A stretch of 64,000 nucleotides of DNA from Christensenellaceae bacterium (GCA_045598745.1 JAZLMT010000025.1:2062-66061); one strand, 5' to 3'. Numbered from the stretch's first letter, positions 37,224 through 46,111 are shown. Program-made: numbers and translations. The notes: a model not told the origin generated them from the sequence alone.

Positions 37224-37799
37224 ATGGATACTGCTTTATTGGTTTGTTTAATAACATCATCGTTGTCTATTTTAACTTTTGTCGTTACTTTCATTTTTAA
37301 TTTATCATCGAATAAAAGTAATAACACTAAAGATATTATTGTAAAACAGAGAGTGAAAACTTTAGATAATTACAGATGTTCTTGTAAGGATTTTTTAGCT
37401 TTGATTAAGCCTGAAGTTATAGATGATTTCAAGAAAAACAAAGAAAAAAAAATGATATATACTTTGGAATTATCAAAAGCAAAATCTTCACTTGATTTGA
37501 TTTTAAAACCTTTTTTCGAGACTGAAGAAAAAATAAATAATTTAACTGATAAAATCGTAAAATTATGTTTTTTGTATTATAGTAATCCAAACGAAAAAAG
37601 CAAATTGGAAATTGAAGAATTGTCAAATGAGTTATTAGTTTTGTTTTCTTTGTATGATTGGGCATACTGGAGATTTATTCAAGAACAAAAAGACGGAATT
37701 TTAAAAGATGATAACGGTTCTTTCGATAAGAATTACAATGACGTTTTAGAGAGTGTTGTTAGTTTAGAAAAAAAATATATAAATTTAATAAAAAAATAG
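37224..37799 (+). CDS. hypothetical protein with N-terminal TM anchor and helical K/E-rich body (no recognisable family)
   Basis: MDTALLVCLITSSLSILTFVVTFIF anchor. Visibly more AT-rich than its neighbours. 4 nt after the upstream stop. Confidence 0.4.
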   Translation: MDTALLVCLITSSLSILTFVVTFIFNLSSNKSNNTKDIIVKQRVKTLDNYRCSCKDFLALIKPEVIDDFKKNKEKKMIYTLELSKAKSSLDLILKPFFETEEKINNLTDKIVKLCFLYYSNPNEKSKLEIEELSNELLVLFSLYDWAYWRFIQEQKDGILKDDNGSFDKNYNDVLESVVSLEKKYINLIKK

Positions 37800-37809
37800 A
37801 GGTATTATT

Positions 37810-38880
37810 ATGCAAGAGATTAAAATTACAAAGGCAAAAGTTTTGAAAGAAAAACCAGATTATTCAAAACTTGGTTTCGGCAAATATTTTACCGATCATA
37901 TGTTTATGATGGATTATACGCCAGAAAAGGGTTGGTATGATGCAAGGATTATTCCATACGGCAATCTTTCAATCAATCCGGCAACAACTGTTTTACACTA
38001 TGGCGTAGAAATTTTTGAAGGATTAAAAGCTTATAGAACAGAAGACGGTTATCAATTATTCCGTCCTTATGAAAACTTTAAGAGAATGAACGATTCTGCC
38101 GAGAGATTATCACTTCCACAAGTTGACGTTGATTTTTGTGTAGAAACATTAAAAACTTTGATAAATATTGATTACGATTGGATTCCGAAAGATTTAGGAA
38201 CTTCGCTTTATATTCGTCCGTTTATGTTCGGTAGTGACGAAGCTTTGGGTGTTCACGCAGTTAAAAATGCAACTTTCGTTATAATTTTATCACCTGTTGG
38301 CAGTTATTATGCCGGTGGTTTAGCACCTGTTAAAATCGGTATTGAAAGTCAAGACGTTAGGGCTGTTCGTGGCGGAACGGGTTATGCAAAATGCGGTGGA
38401 AATTACGCAGCATCTCTCCGTGCAGATAAAAAGGCATCGGCAAAAGGTTTTTCTCAAGTTTTATGGCTTGACGGCGTAGAAAGAAAGTATATTGAAGAAG
38501 TTGGCGCTATGAACGTTATGTTCAAAATAAAGGGTGAAATTATTACGCCGAAACTTATCGGCTCGGTTCTTCCTGGTATTACAAGAAAATCAATTCTTGA
38601 GATTTTGAAAGATTGGGGATATAAGGTTACCGAAAGATTGTTCTCTGTTGACGAATTAATAAAGGCTGCTAAAAAAGGCACGCTTGAAGAAGCTTGGGGA
38701 ACGGGAACGGCTGCAGTTGTTTCACCGATAGGCCTTCTTTCTTATCTTGATAAAGACTATACGATTTCTAATAATCAAATAGGTGAATTAACTCAAAAAC
38801 TTTATGATGAACTTACCGGAATTCAATGGGGTTTAAGAGAAGATACTCATAATTGGATCGTTAAAGTTAAGGTTAAATAA
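37810..38880 (+). CDS. ilvE: branched-chain amino acid aminotransferase (fold type IV)
   Basis: FGKYFTDHMF, VLHYGVEIFEGLKAYR, and GGTGYAKCGGNYAAS (PLP lysine region). Confidence 0.9.
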   Translation: MQEIKITKAKVLKEKPDYSKLGFGKYFTDHMFMMDYTPEKGWYDARIIPYGNLSINPATTVLHYGVEIFEGLKAYRTEDGYQLFRPYENFKRMNDSAERLSLPQVDVDFCVETLKTLINIDYDWIPKDLGTSLYIRPFMFGSDEALGVHAVKNATFVIILSPVGSYYAGGLAPVKIGIESQDVRAVRGGTGYAKCGGNYAASLRADKKASAKGFSQVLWLDGVERKYIEEVGAMNVMFKIKGEIITPKLIGSVLPGITRKSILEILKDWGYKVTERLFSVDELIKAAKKGTLEEAWGTGTAAVVSPIGLLSYLDKDYTISNNQIGELTQKLYDELTGIQWGLREDTHNWIVKVKVK

Positions 38881-39542
38881 TGGAGCATAAAAGGGTTACT
38901 ATATTTTCGGGGCATTACGGAAGCGGAAAGACAAACGTTTCGGTAAATTATGCAAAGGAACTGAAAAGATTAGGTAAACAAGTCAGTATTTTTGATTTAG
39001 ATATTGTTAATCCGTATTTTAGAACGGTTGACGCCAAAGCCGATTTGGAAAGTAACGGAATAGAACTTATTGTTTCGCCTTATGCGGAAACGAACGTAGA
39101 TATTCCGGCGATGAACGCAATGTCGTATAAAATCAATGATGATAAAAGTAAATTTGCCGTTATTGATTTGGGTGGTGATGACAGAGGCGCTTTGGCACTC
39201 GGTAGATTTTCTCAAAAAATACTTGAAGAAAACAACTATGAATTTGTTTACGTTGTAAATACTTTTAGGCCGGAAACAAGAAATATTGAAGGTTTAGAAG
39301 AAATTAAAGAAGAAATTGAAAGTGTTGCTAAAATGAAATTTACCGCAATCGTCAACAACACGAATCTTTCAACCGAAACGACTTTAGAAGATATAGAGAA
39401 CAGTTTTAAGTTAGTAACGGAATTTAGTAAAAAATATAATCTTCCTATACTTTTTACATCAGTTAGGCGAGATTTATATAATAAAGAACAAAAAAAAGAA
39501 AAATATCTTCCCCTTGATTTAATAAAATACGGGGAATGGTAG
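38880..39542 (+). CDS. SIMIBI-class (MinD/ParA/CobQ-like) P-loop ATPase, function unknown
   Basis: Walker A GHYGSGKT and Walker B AVIDLGGDD. The start codon shares one base with the ilvE stop. Confidence 0.55.
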   Translation: MEHKRVTIFSGHYGSGKTNVSVNYAKELKRLGKQVSIFDLDIVNPYFRTVDAKADLESNGIELIVSPYAETNVDIPAMNAMSYKINDDKSKFAVIDLGGDDRGALALGRFSQKILEENNYEFVYVVNTFRPETRNIEGLEEIKEEIESVAKMKFTAIVNNTNLSTETTLEDIENSFKLVTEFSKKYNLPILFTSVRRDLYNKEQKKEKYLPLDLIKYGEW

Positions 39543-39552
39543 AGGAGAAATA

Positions 39553-39759
39553 ATGGCAAAAGTAACTTTTGACGTAGATCGTTGCAAGGGTTGTGGCTTA
39601 TGCGTAAGCGTTTGCCCAAAAAAAATTATAAGACTAGCAAAAGAAAAAATTAACAAAAAAGGGTATCATCCTGCAGAAATGACAGATCAAGCAAGTTGTA
39701 TTGCTTGTGCATTTTGCGCAACTATGTGCCCGGATACAGTTATCACTGTAGAGAAATAG
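39553..39759 (+). CDS. 2-oxoacid:ferredoxin oxidoreductase delta subunit (2x[4Fe-4S] ferredoxin)
   Basis: CKGCGLCVSVCP and CIACAFCATMCP motifs. 68 aa. Confidence 0.8.
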   Translation: MAKVTFDVDRCKGCGLCVSVCPKKIIRLAKEKINKKGYHPAEMTDQASCIACAFCATMCPDTVITVEK

Positions 39760-39768
39760 GAGGAGATT

Positions 39769-40839
39769 ATGGCTGAAAAAGTTTTAATGAAAGGTAACGA
39801 AGCTTTGGCTGAAGCTGCTATAATGGCAGGTTGCAGACATTATTTCGGTTATCCTATCACACCACAAACGGAAGTTGCCGCATATATGAGTAAGCGTATG
39901 CCTAAAATCGGCGGTGTATTCCTTCAAGCTGAATCTGAAGTTGCCGCTATCAATATGGTTATCGGTGTATCGGCTTGCGGAAAGAGAGTAATGACAAGTA
40001 GTAGTAGCCCTGGAATTTCACTAAAGAGCGAAGGTATTTCATACCTTGCAGGTTGTGAACTTCCTGCGCTAATCGTAAACGTTCAAAGGGGTGGCCCTGG
40101 TCTTGGTGGTATTCAACCTTCACAATCAGACTACTTTCAAGCAACGAAGGGTGGTGGACACGGCGACTATAAGTTGTTGGTTTTAGCACCTGCATCAGTT
40201 CAAGAAATGGTTGATTTAACGGTTAAAGGTTTTGACCTTGCCGATAAATACAGAATGCAAACTATGTTGTTGGCTGACGGAACAATGGGACAAATGATGG
40301 AACCTGTTTCGTTAGAAGTCCCAACGCAAAAGGTTTACGATAAGCCTTGGGCAACAACGGGAACTGCTAATCACGAAGGTAGAAACATTATAAATTCTTT
40401 AAGTTTAACACCTGCACAACTTGAACAATGGAATATTTCAAGATTTGAAAGATATAAAATTGTTGAAGAAAACGAAGTTATGTATGAAGAATTTATGATG
40501 GATGATGCAGATATTTGTATCGTTGCATTCGGTATTGCTTCAAGAGTTTCTAAAAATGCAATTTTAGAAGCTAGAAAACAAGGAATTAAAGTCGGATTGC
40601 TTCGTCCTATTACGTTATGGCCTTTCCCAAAGAAAGCATTAAAAGAAGCAAGTAAAAAGGTTAAATCTTTCCTTTCAGTTGAACTCAATATGGGGCAAAT
40701 GATTGATGACGTTAAACTTGCAATTGATTGCAGTAAACCTGTTTACTTGTGTAATAGAACCGGTGGCGTTATTATGTCAACGGATGAAGTATTAAATAAA
40801 ATTATTGAAATAACAAAAGGGGAGGCAAAGGCATGGTAG
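39769..40839 (+). CDS. 2-oxoacid:ferredoxin oxidoreductase alpha subunit
   Basis: MKGNEALAEAAIMAGCRHYFGYPITPQTE and the downstream layout typical of Kor/Vor alpha subunits. Confidence 0.85.
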   Translation: MAEKVLMKGNEALAEAAIMAGCRHYFGYPITPQTEVAAYMSKRMPKIGGVFLQAESEVAAINMVIGVSACGKRVMTSSSSPGISLKSEGISYLAGCELPALIVNVQRGGPGLGGIQPSQSDYFQATKGGGHGDYKLLVLAPASVQEMVDLTVKGFDLADKYRMQTMLLADGTMGQMMEPVSLEVPTQKVYDKPWATTGTANHEGRNIINSLSLTPAQLEQWNISRFERYKIVEENEVMYEEFMMDDADICIVAFGIASRVSKNAILEARKQGIKVGLLRPITLWPFPKKALKEASKKVKSFLSVELNMGQMIDDVKLAIDCSKPVYLCNRTGGVIMSTDEVLNKIIEITKGEAKAW

Positions 40840-41579
40840 TTTTTGAAAAGACTAAGGGCTTAACGGATAATGAACTTCATTATTGCCCGGGTTGTACACA
40901 TGGTATAATTCATAGATTAGTTGCAGAATGCCTTGAAGAATTGGGCGTTTTAGACAGAACGGTTGGCGTTGCTTCGGTTGGTTGTTCGGTTTTCTCGTAT
41001 AACTATTTCAATTGTGATATGATTCAAGCAGCGCACGGTAGAGCACCTGCAGTTGCAACGGGCGCTAAAAGAGCAAACCCGAATAATATCGTATTTACGT
41101 ATCAAGGTGACGGTGACCTTGCTGCTATCGGAACGGCTGAAACAGTTCACTCTGCCGGTCGTGGTGAAAATATCACGGTAATATTTGTAAACAATGCTAT
41201 TTACGGTATGACCGGTGGTCAAATGGCACCTACAACACTTCCAAATCAAGTAACACAAACTTCACCTTACGGTAGAGACGTTACCGTTGTTGGTTATCCG
41301 ATTAAAGTATGTGAAATGCTTTCTCAAGTAGACGGCGCAGGATATCTTGAAAGGGTTGCAGTTAATAACGTTAAGAACATTAAAAATGCAAAAAAGGCAA
41401 TTATGCATGCGTTTAAGAACCAGATTGAAGGCAAAGGATTTTCTCTTATAGAAGTTCTTTCAACTTGCCCGACAAACTGGGGCTTAGCACCACAAGATGC
41501 AATTAAGTGGCTTGATGAAAATATGGAAACATATTATCCTTTAGGTGTTTATAAAGATAAATACAAGGAGGAAAAATAA
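40833..41579 (+). CDS. 2-oxoacid:ferredoxin oxidoreductase beta subunit (TPP-binding)
   Basis: YCPGCTHG, GDGDLAAIG and NNAIYGMTGGQ TPP motifs. Confidence 0.85.
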   Translation: MVVFEKTKGLTDNELHYCPGCTHGIIHRLVAECLEELGVLDRTVGVASVGCSVFSYNYFNCDMIQAAHGRAPAVATGAKRANPNNIVFTYQGDGDLAAIGTAETVHSAGRGENITVIFVNNAIYGMTGGQMAPTTLPNQVTQTSPYGRDVTVVGYPIKVCEMLSQVDGAGYLERVAVNNVKNIKNAKKAIMHAFKNQIEGKGFSLIEVLSTCPTNWGLAPQDAIKWLDENMETYYPLGVYKDKYKEEK

Positions 41580-41580
41580 T

Positions 41581-42120
41581 ATGACAGAAGCAAAAATGTT
41601 AATAGCTGGCTTTGGTGGACAAGGTATTTTGTTCACCGGAAAGGCTATTGCTTATACAGGCTTAAAAATCGGCAAAGAAGTAAGTTGGTTACCTTCTTAC
41701 GGACCGGAAATGAGAGGCGGAACGGCAAATTGTTCAGTAACGATTTCCGATACGCCGATAGGTTCTCCAATCGTAGAAAAACCGAATATACTTATTGCTA
41801 TGAACCTACCATCTTTAGAAAAGTATTATAACGATACCGAAAAGGGTGGATATATAATATATGACAGTTCACTCATTAGCAAGCAGGATACCAGAGATGA
41901 TGTTACCACCATTGGTATTCCTGCGACAAAACTTGCAAGTGATAACGAACTTGGTGGACTGGCAAATATGATTATCTTGGGTAAAGTATTACAAGCAACA
42001 AAAATACTTACACTAGATCAAGTTAAGAGCAGTCTATCGCAAATGATTCCTGCAAAACGTGCAGAAATGTTAGAAAAAAATATTAAGGCGATAGAATTGG
42101 GCTTTGAGTTCAAGGAGTAA
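41581..42120 (+). CDS. 2-oxoacid:ferredoxin oxidoreductase gamma subunit
   Basis: [10 protein letters not shown] and [10 protein letters not shown] motifs. ATG 41581 follows a GGAGG-type RBS. Confidence 0.85.
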   Translation: MTEAKMLIAGFGGQGILFTGKAIAYTGLKIGKEVSWLPSYGPEMRGGTANCSVTISDTPIGSPIVEKPNILIAMNLPSLEKYYNDTEKGGYIIYDSSLISKQDTRDDVTTIGIPATKLASDNELGGLANMIILGKVLQATKILTLDQVKSSLSQMIPAKRAEMLEKNIKAIELGFEFKE

Positions 42121-42124
42121 AATA

Positions 42125-42676
42125 ATGAAAGAACAGTTAATAGAAATGGGGCTTCGTCTTGCTGACTTAAGAGAAACAAAAGATGTTTCGCAAGAAGAAA
42201 TTGCTGAAAGACTTAATATTCCACTTGAAGAATATCAAGCATACGAAAACGGTGAAAGAGATTTTTCTTTCAGTTTTATGTATAATGTAGCAACAATTTT
42301 GGAAGTTGACGTTTTTAATTTACTTTCAGGAACTTCTCCTAAACTAAACGACTGTGCAGTTGTTAGGCGTGGGCACGAATTTTATATAAAAAAAGAAGGT
42401 GCCTACGACTATAAACATCTTGCATACACGTTCAAAAATAAAAAAGCAGAACCTTTCTTTGTAAGTTGTGAACCGGGTGAAGAGGATAAAGAACTTCATA
42501 GCCACGAAGGTCAAGAATTTAACTTTATTCTTTCGGGTAAAATGTTATTTAAGATCGGTTCAATGTCTTATGAACTTAATAAGGGTGATAGCGTATATTT
42601 TAATTCAAAAATTCCACACGGAATTAAAGTTTTAGGCGATACACCGGTTAAGTTTCTTGCTTTTGTAATGAAATAA
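42125..42676 (+). CDS. XRE-family HTH transcriptional regulator with C-terminal cupin domain
   Basis: N-terminal HTH_3 pattern LRLADLRETKDVSQEEIAERLNIPLEEYQAYENGE. C-terminal cupin HSHEGQEFNFILSG...GDSVYF...PH. Confidence 0.8.
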   Translation: MKEQLIEMGLRLADLRETKDVSQEEIAERLNIPLEEYQAYENGERDFSFSFMYNVATILEVDVFNLLSGTSPKLNDCAVVRRGHEFYIKKEGAYDYKHLAYTFKNKKAEPFFVSCEPGEEDKELHSHEGQEFNFILSGKMLFKIGSMSYELNKGDSVYFNSKIPHGIKVLGDTPVKFLAFVMK

Positions 42677-42701
42677 TTCTATAAGCCTATTTGGAGAAAA
42701 T

Positions 42702-44423
42702 ATGGTAATTTACGAAAAGTTTATCGGTAGAACAAGAGATTCTTTTACCGATTTAAACGACTTAAGACAAAATTTTAAAATTGAATATCCAAATAATTTC
42801 AACTTTGCGTATGACGTAATTGATGAATTAGGCAAAACAAAACCAAAAAAGCTTGCTATGATTTGGCTTTCTAAAACCATGGAAGAAAAGAGATTTACTT
42901 TTTCCGATATGATGATTTGGTCAAATAAGGCTGCAAATTATTTTAAAAGTGAAGGTATTAAAAAAGGCGACAGAGTTTTACTTGTCCTTAAGAGAAGTTA
43001 TTTATTCTGGTTTGCTATGCTTGGGCTTCATAAGATAGGTGCGATTCCTGTTCAAGCAACTAATATGCTTGTAGGGCATGACTTTACCTACCGTTGCAAT
43101 AAAGGTGCAATTAAAGCTGTTATAATGACTGGTGATGATGACGTTACGGAACATTTTGATGACGTTTGGGCAAAATGTCCAACCGTTACAAAGAAATACG
43201 TAACTAAACATAAAAAGCCTGTCGGTGGCTGTTGGATTGATTTTGAAGAAGGTTTAGAAAAGGCTAGTGAAGATTGGGTGCGCCCTACAGGTGAAGACGC
43301 AACGACTGTTAACGACGTAATGCTTATGGCGTTTACTTCGGGAACGACAGGATATCCAAAGATGATTAAACATGATTTTAGATATCCTTTAGGTCATATT
43401 ATGACTGGCGTTTTTTGGCATAGAGTTGTCAACGGAGGCTTACATTTCACCATTTCTGATACGGGCTGGCTTAAATCTTTATGGGGCAAATTCTATGGCC
43501 AATGGTTTGGTGAATCTGCCGTTTTGGTTTACGACTTTGATAAGTTTGATGCTAAAGAAATACTTGAAATTCTAGAAAAATATAAGGTAACTACTTTCTG
43601 TGTTCCACCAACAATGTATAGATTTATTCTTCAACAAGACGTTGCAAAATATAATCTTTCAAGTCTAACAAACTGCTGTTCTGCAGGTGAAGCCTTAAAT
43701 GCAGATATTTATAACAAGTGGAAACAATTTACGGGTTTAGATATTTATGAAGGTTTTGGGCAAACGGAAACAACTCTTTGTTTAGGCACGCTAAAAGGTT
43801 TTGCAACGCCGATTTCAGGTTTTATAGGAACGCCTATTCCGGGTTATGAAATTTCTATCAAAAATGCTGAAGGGGTAGATTGTTTACCTGGTGAAGAAGG
43901 CGAAATTTGTATTAAAGGCACTTTGGCAAATAAGCCTTGCGGTGTTTCATGCGGATATCACGATGATGAAGAAAGTATGGCTAAATCATGGAAAGACGGA
44001 TATTTTCACACAGGTGATACGGCTTATTTTGATGAACACGGGCTTATTAAATATATAGGAAGAAATGATGACGTTATAAAGTCGTCAGGATACCGTATAG
44101 GGCCTTTTGAAGTTGAAAGCGTTTTAATGGAACATCCTGCCGTTTTAGAAGTTGCGGTAACCGGCTATCCTGATGCAAAACGTGGTTTTTGTGTTAAAGC
44201 AACAATCGTATTAAAAAAAGGATATATTCCGAGTGACGAGCTTAAATTAGAGCTTCAAACGTTTGTAAAACATAATACAGCACCTTATAAATATCCAAGA
44301 ATTATTGAGTTTGTTGATTCTCTTCCAAAAACCATTAGCGGTAAAATAAAGAGAACGGAAATTCGTGATAGAGATATTGAGAATTATAAAAAACTTTTAG
44401 AAATAAAAACTATAACTGAATAA
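42702..44423 (+). CDS. AMP-forming acyl-CoA synthetase, medium-chain (ACSM/MACS-like) type
   Basis: FTSGTTGYPKMIKH, YEGFGQTE, YFHTGD, GRNDDVIKSSGYRIGP and SGKIKR. Confidence 0.8.
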   Translation: MVIYEKFIGRTRDSFTDLNDLRQNFKIEYPNNFNFAYDVIDELGKTKPKKLAMIWLSKTMEEKRFTFSDMMIWSNKAANYFKSEGIKKGDRVLLVLKRSYLFWFAMLGLHKIGAIPVQATNMLVGHDFTYRCNKGAIKAVIMTGDDDVTEHFDDVWAKCPTVTKKYVTKHKKPVGGCWIDFEEGLEKASEDWVRPTGEDATTVNDVMLMAFTSGTTGYPKMIKHDFRYPLGHIMTGVFWHRVVNGGLHFTISDTGWLKSLWGKFYGQWFGESAVLVYDFDKFDAKEILEILEKYKVTTFCVPPTMYRFILQQDVAKYNLSSLTNCCSAGEALNADIYNKWKQFTGLDIYEGFGQTETTLCLGTLKGFATPISGFIGTPIPGYEISIKNAEGVDCLPGEEGEICIKGTLANKPCGVSCGYHDDEESMAKSWKDGYFHTGDTAYFDEHGLIKYIGRNDDVIKSSGYRIGPFEVESVLMEHPAVLEVAVTGYPDAKRGFCVKATIVLKKGYIPSDELKLELQTFVKHNTAPYKYPRIIEFVDSLPKTISGKIKRTEIRDRDIENYKKLLEIKTITE

Positions 44424-44440
44424 AAAAATCAGAAAAAAGA

Positions 44441-44467
44441 AAGCCTTTTTATAGAAGGCTTTTTTTG
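44441..44467 (+). terminator. rho-independent terminator ending the 11-kb operon
   Basis: AAGCCTT-N7-AAGGCTT followed by TTTTTT. Confidence 0.6.
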
Positions 44468-44480
44468 TTTAGTAAAAACA

Positions 44481-44509
44481 TTGACAAACATTTGTTCGTG
44501 TTGTAAAAT
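44481..44509 (+). promoter_or_regulatory. sigma-A promoter of the Y-family polymerase gene
   Basis: TTGACA (44481-44486), 17-nt spacer, TAAAAT (44504-44509). Confidence 0.55.
44485..44498 (+). promoter_or_regulatory. candidate LexA (Cheo/SOS) box overlapping the promoter spacer
   Basis: CAAACATTTGTTCG compared with the Firmicute consensus CGAAC-N4-GTTCG. One mismatch in the left half-site. Confidence 0.5.
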
Positions 44510-44527
44510 ATATTAAAAGGAGTGGTT

Positions 44528-45790
44528 ATGATAAAAGAGCGCATTTATATGGTTATTGATATGAAATGTTTTTTTGCATCGGTTGAATGCGCTGAAAGAG
44601 GTTTAAATCCTTTTTTAACAAATCTTGTCGTAACAGATGCTTCAAGAGGAAGTGGCGCAATATGTTTGGCAATTTCACCAAAGATGAAGGAACTAGGCGT
44701 TAAAAACAGATGCAGAATTTTTGAAATACCTAAAAATATTGAATATATATCGGCTCTACCGAGAATGAAAAAATATATTGAATATGCTTCAAATATCTAT
44801 GAAATATACCTTCAATATATAGATAAAAACGATATACACGTTTATTCAATTGACGAAAGTTTTATTGATGTTACAGATTACTTAAAAATATATAATAAAA
44901 CTCCGAAAGAGTTCGCAAAAATGTTAATCGGAGAGATTGCTCAAAAGCTTAAAATACCTGCAACTTGCGGTATCGGAACAAATATGTATCTTGCAAAAAT
45001 AGCACTTGATATAACGGCAAAAAAGTCAGAAGATCACATAAGTTTTTTAGATGAAGAGCTATATAAAGAACAGCTATGGCACCACAAACCGTTGACGGAT
45101 TTTTGGCAAATCGGAGCAGGTATTGAAAGAAGATTAAACAGGCGTGGTATAATGGATATGTATGATTTGGCACATTATCCCGAAGAATATTTATATAAAG
45201 AATTCGGTATAAATGCCGAGCTTATAATAGATCATGCTTGGGGCAGAGAAAGTTGCCTCATGAAAGATATAAAAAATTATAAAGGGCAAGAAAAATCAGT
45301 TTCCACTTCACAAATATTATTTCACGATTATGAATACGAAAGTGCTAAACTTGTTATTGAAGAAATGGTTAGAAATTGTTCGTTAGATTTAATCAAACGT
45401 GGGCTTGTGAGTGATAATATAAATATTTTAGTCGGATACGCAGGTGAACTTGGTATTAATGTTAAAGGTCATATTAAAATGACTGCTAAAACAAACGTAG
45501 CAAATATTATGATACCATACGTTGATAAAAAGTTTTATGAAATAGTAGATAAAGATAAAAAAATCAAACGGCTGGGAATTGAATTTTCTAACGTTGTAGA
45601 TAAGTCTTTGGAGAGTTACGATTTGTTTACCGATTATGAAAAAGTAAAAAGACAAGTTAGTTTGGGAGAGATTTCAAACAAAATCAAAAGTAAATTTGGT
45701 AAAAATGCAATAATAATGGGAGCAGATTTACAAGAAGACGCAACAACAATTATACGAAATAAACTTATAGGTGGGCACAATAGTGAATAG
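44528..45790 (+). CDS. Y-family (translesion) DNA polymerase, UvrX/YqjW-like
   Basis: IDMKCFFASVECAERGLNPF, SIDESFIDVT, and little-finger region. AAGGAG RBS before ATG 44528. Confidence 0.85.
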   Translation: MIKERIYMVIDMKCFFASVECAERGLNPFLTNLVVTDASRGSGAICLAISPKMKELGVKNRCRIFEIPKNIEYISALPRMKKYIEYASNIYEIYLQYIDKNDIHVYSIDESFIDVTDYLKIYNKTPKEFAKMLIGEIAQKLKIPATCGIGTNMYLAKIALDITAKKSEDHISFLDEELYKEQLWHHKPLTDFWQIGAGIERRLNRRGIMDMYDLAHYPEEYLYKEFGINAELIIDHAWGRESCLMKDIKNYKGQEKSVSTSQILFHDYEYESAKLVIEEMVRNCSLDLIKRGLVSDNINILVGYAGELGINVKGHIKMTAKTNVANIMIPYVDKKFYEIVDKDKKIKRLGIEFSNVVDKSLESYDLFTDYEKVKRQVSLGEISNKIKSKFGKNAIIMGADLQEDATTIIRNKLIGGHNSE

Positions 45791-46097
45791 AGAAGACAGA
45801 GCAAAACAATTTGCCCCGTTTGAAGCGTTAACGGGTTTAAGAGAGGCGTTAAGAGAAAAAGAGATAAAGCACGATAGGGAAAACAGAAAAGAAATAACGG
45901 AAGAAAAAACGCTTTCAATAACGAAGGTGATTTTATCTTTGGAAAAGGGTGATAAGGTTAAAATAGACTGTTTTGAAAGTGGGTATTATATAACTGTTAT
46001 TGATAAAATAAACAAGATTGATTTAATAAATAAATTTATAGTAGTTGGGGAGGGGAAAGTTTTTTTTGATGATATTTATGAAATAGAAAAACTTTAA
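45771..46097 (+). CDS. YolD-like protein (accessory partner of UvrX/YqjW-type polymerases)
   Basis: RAKQFAPFEALTGLREAL motif, small size, and overlap with the polymerase gene. GTG start is uncertain (45771 or 45783). Confidence 0.6.
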   Translation: MGTIVNREDRAKQFAPFEALTGLREALREKEIKHDRENRKEITEEKTLSITKVILSLEKGDKVKIDCFESGYYITVIDKINKIDLINKFIVVGEGKVFFDDIYEIEKL

Positions 46098-46111
46098 TAA
46101 CATATATAAAA

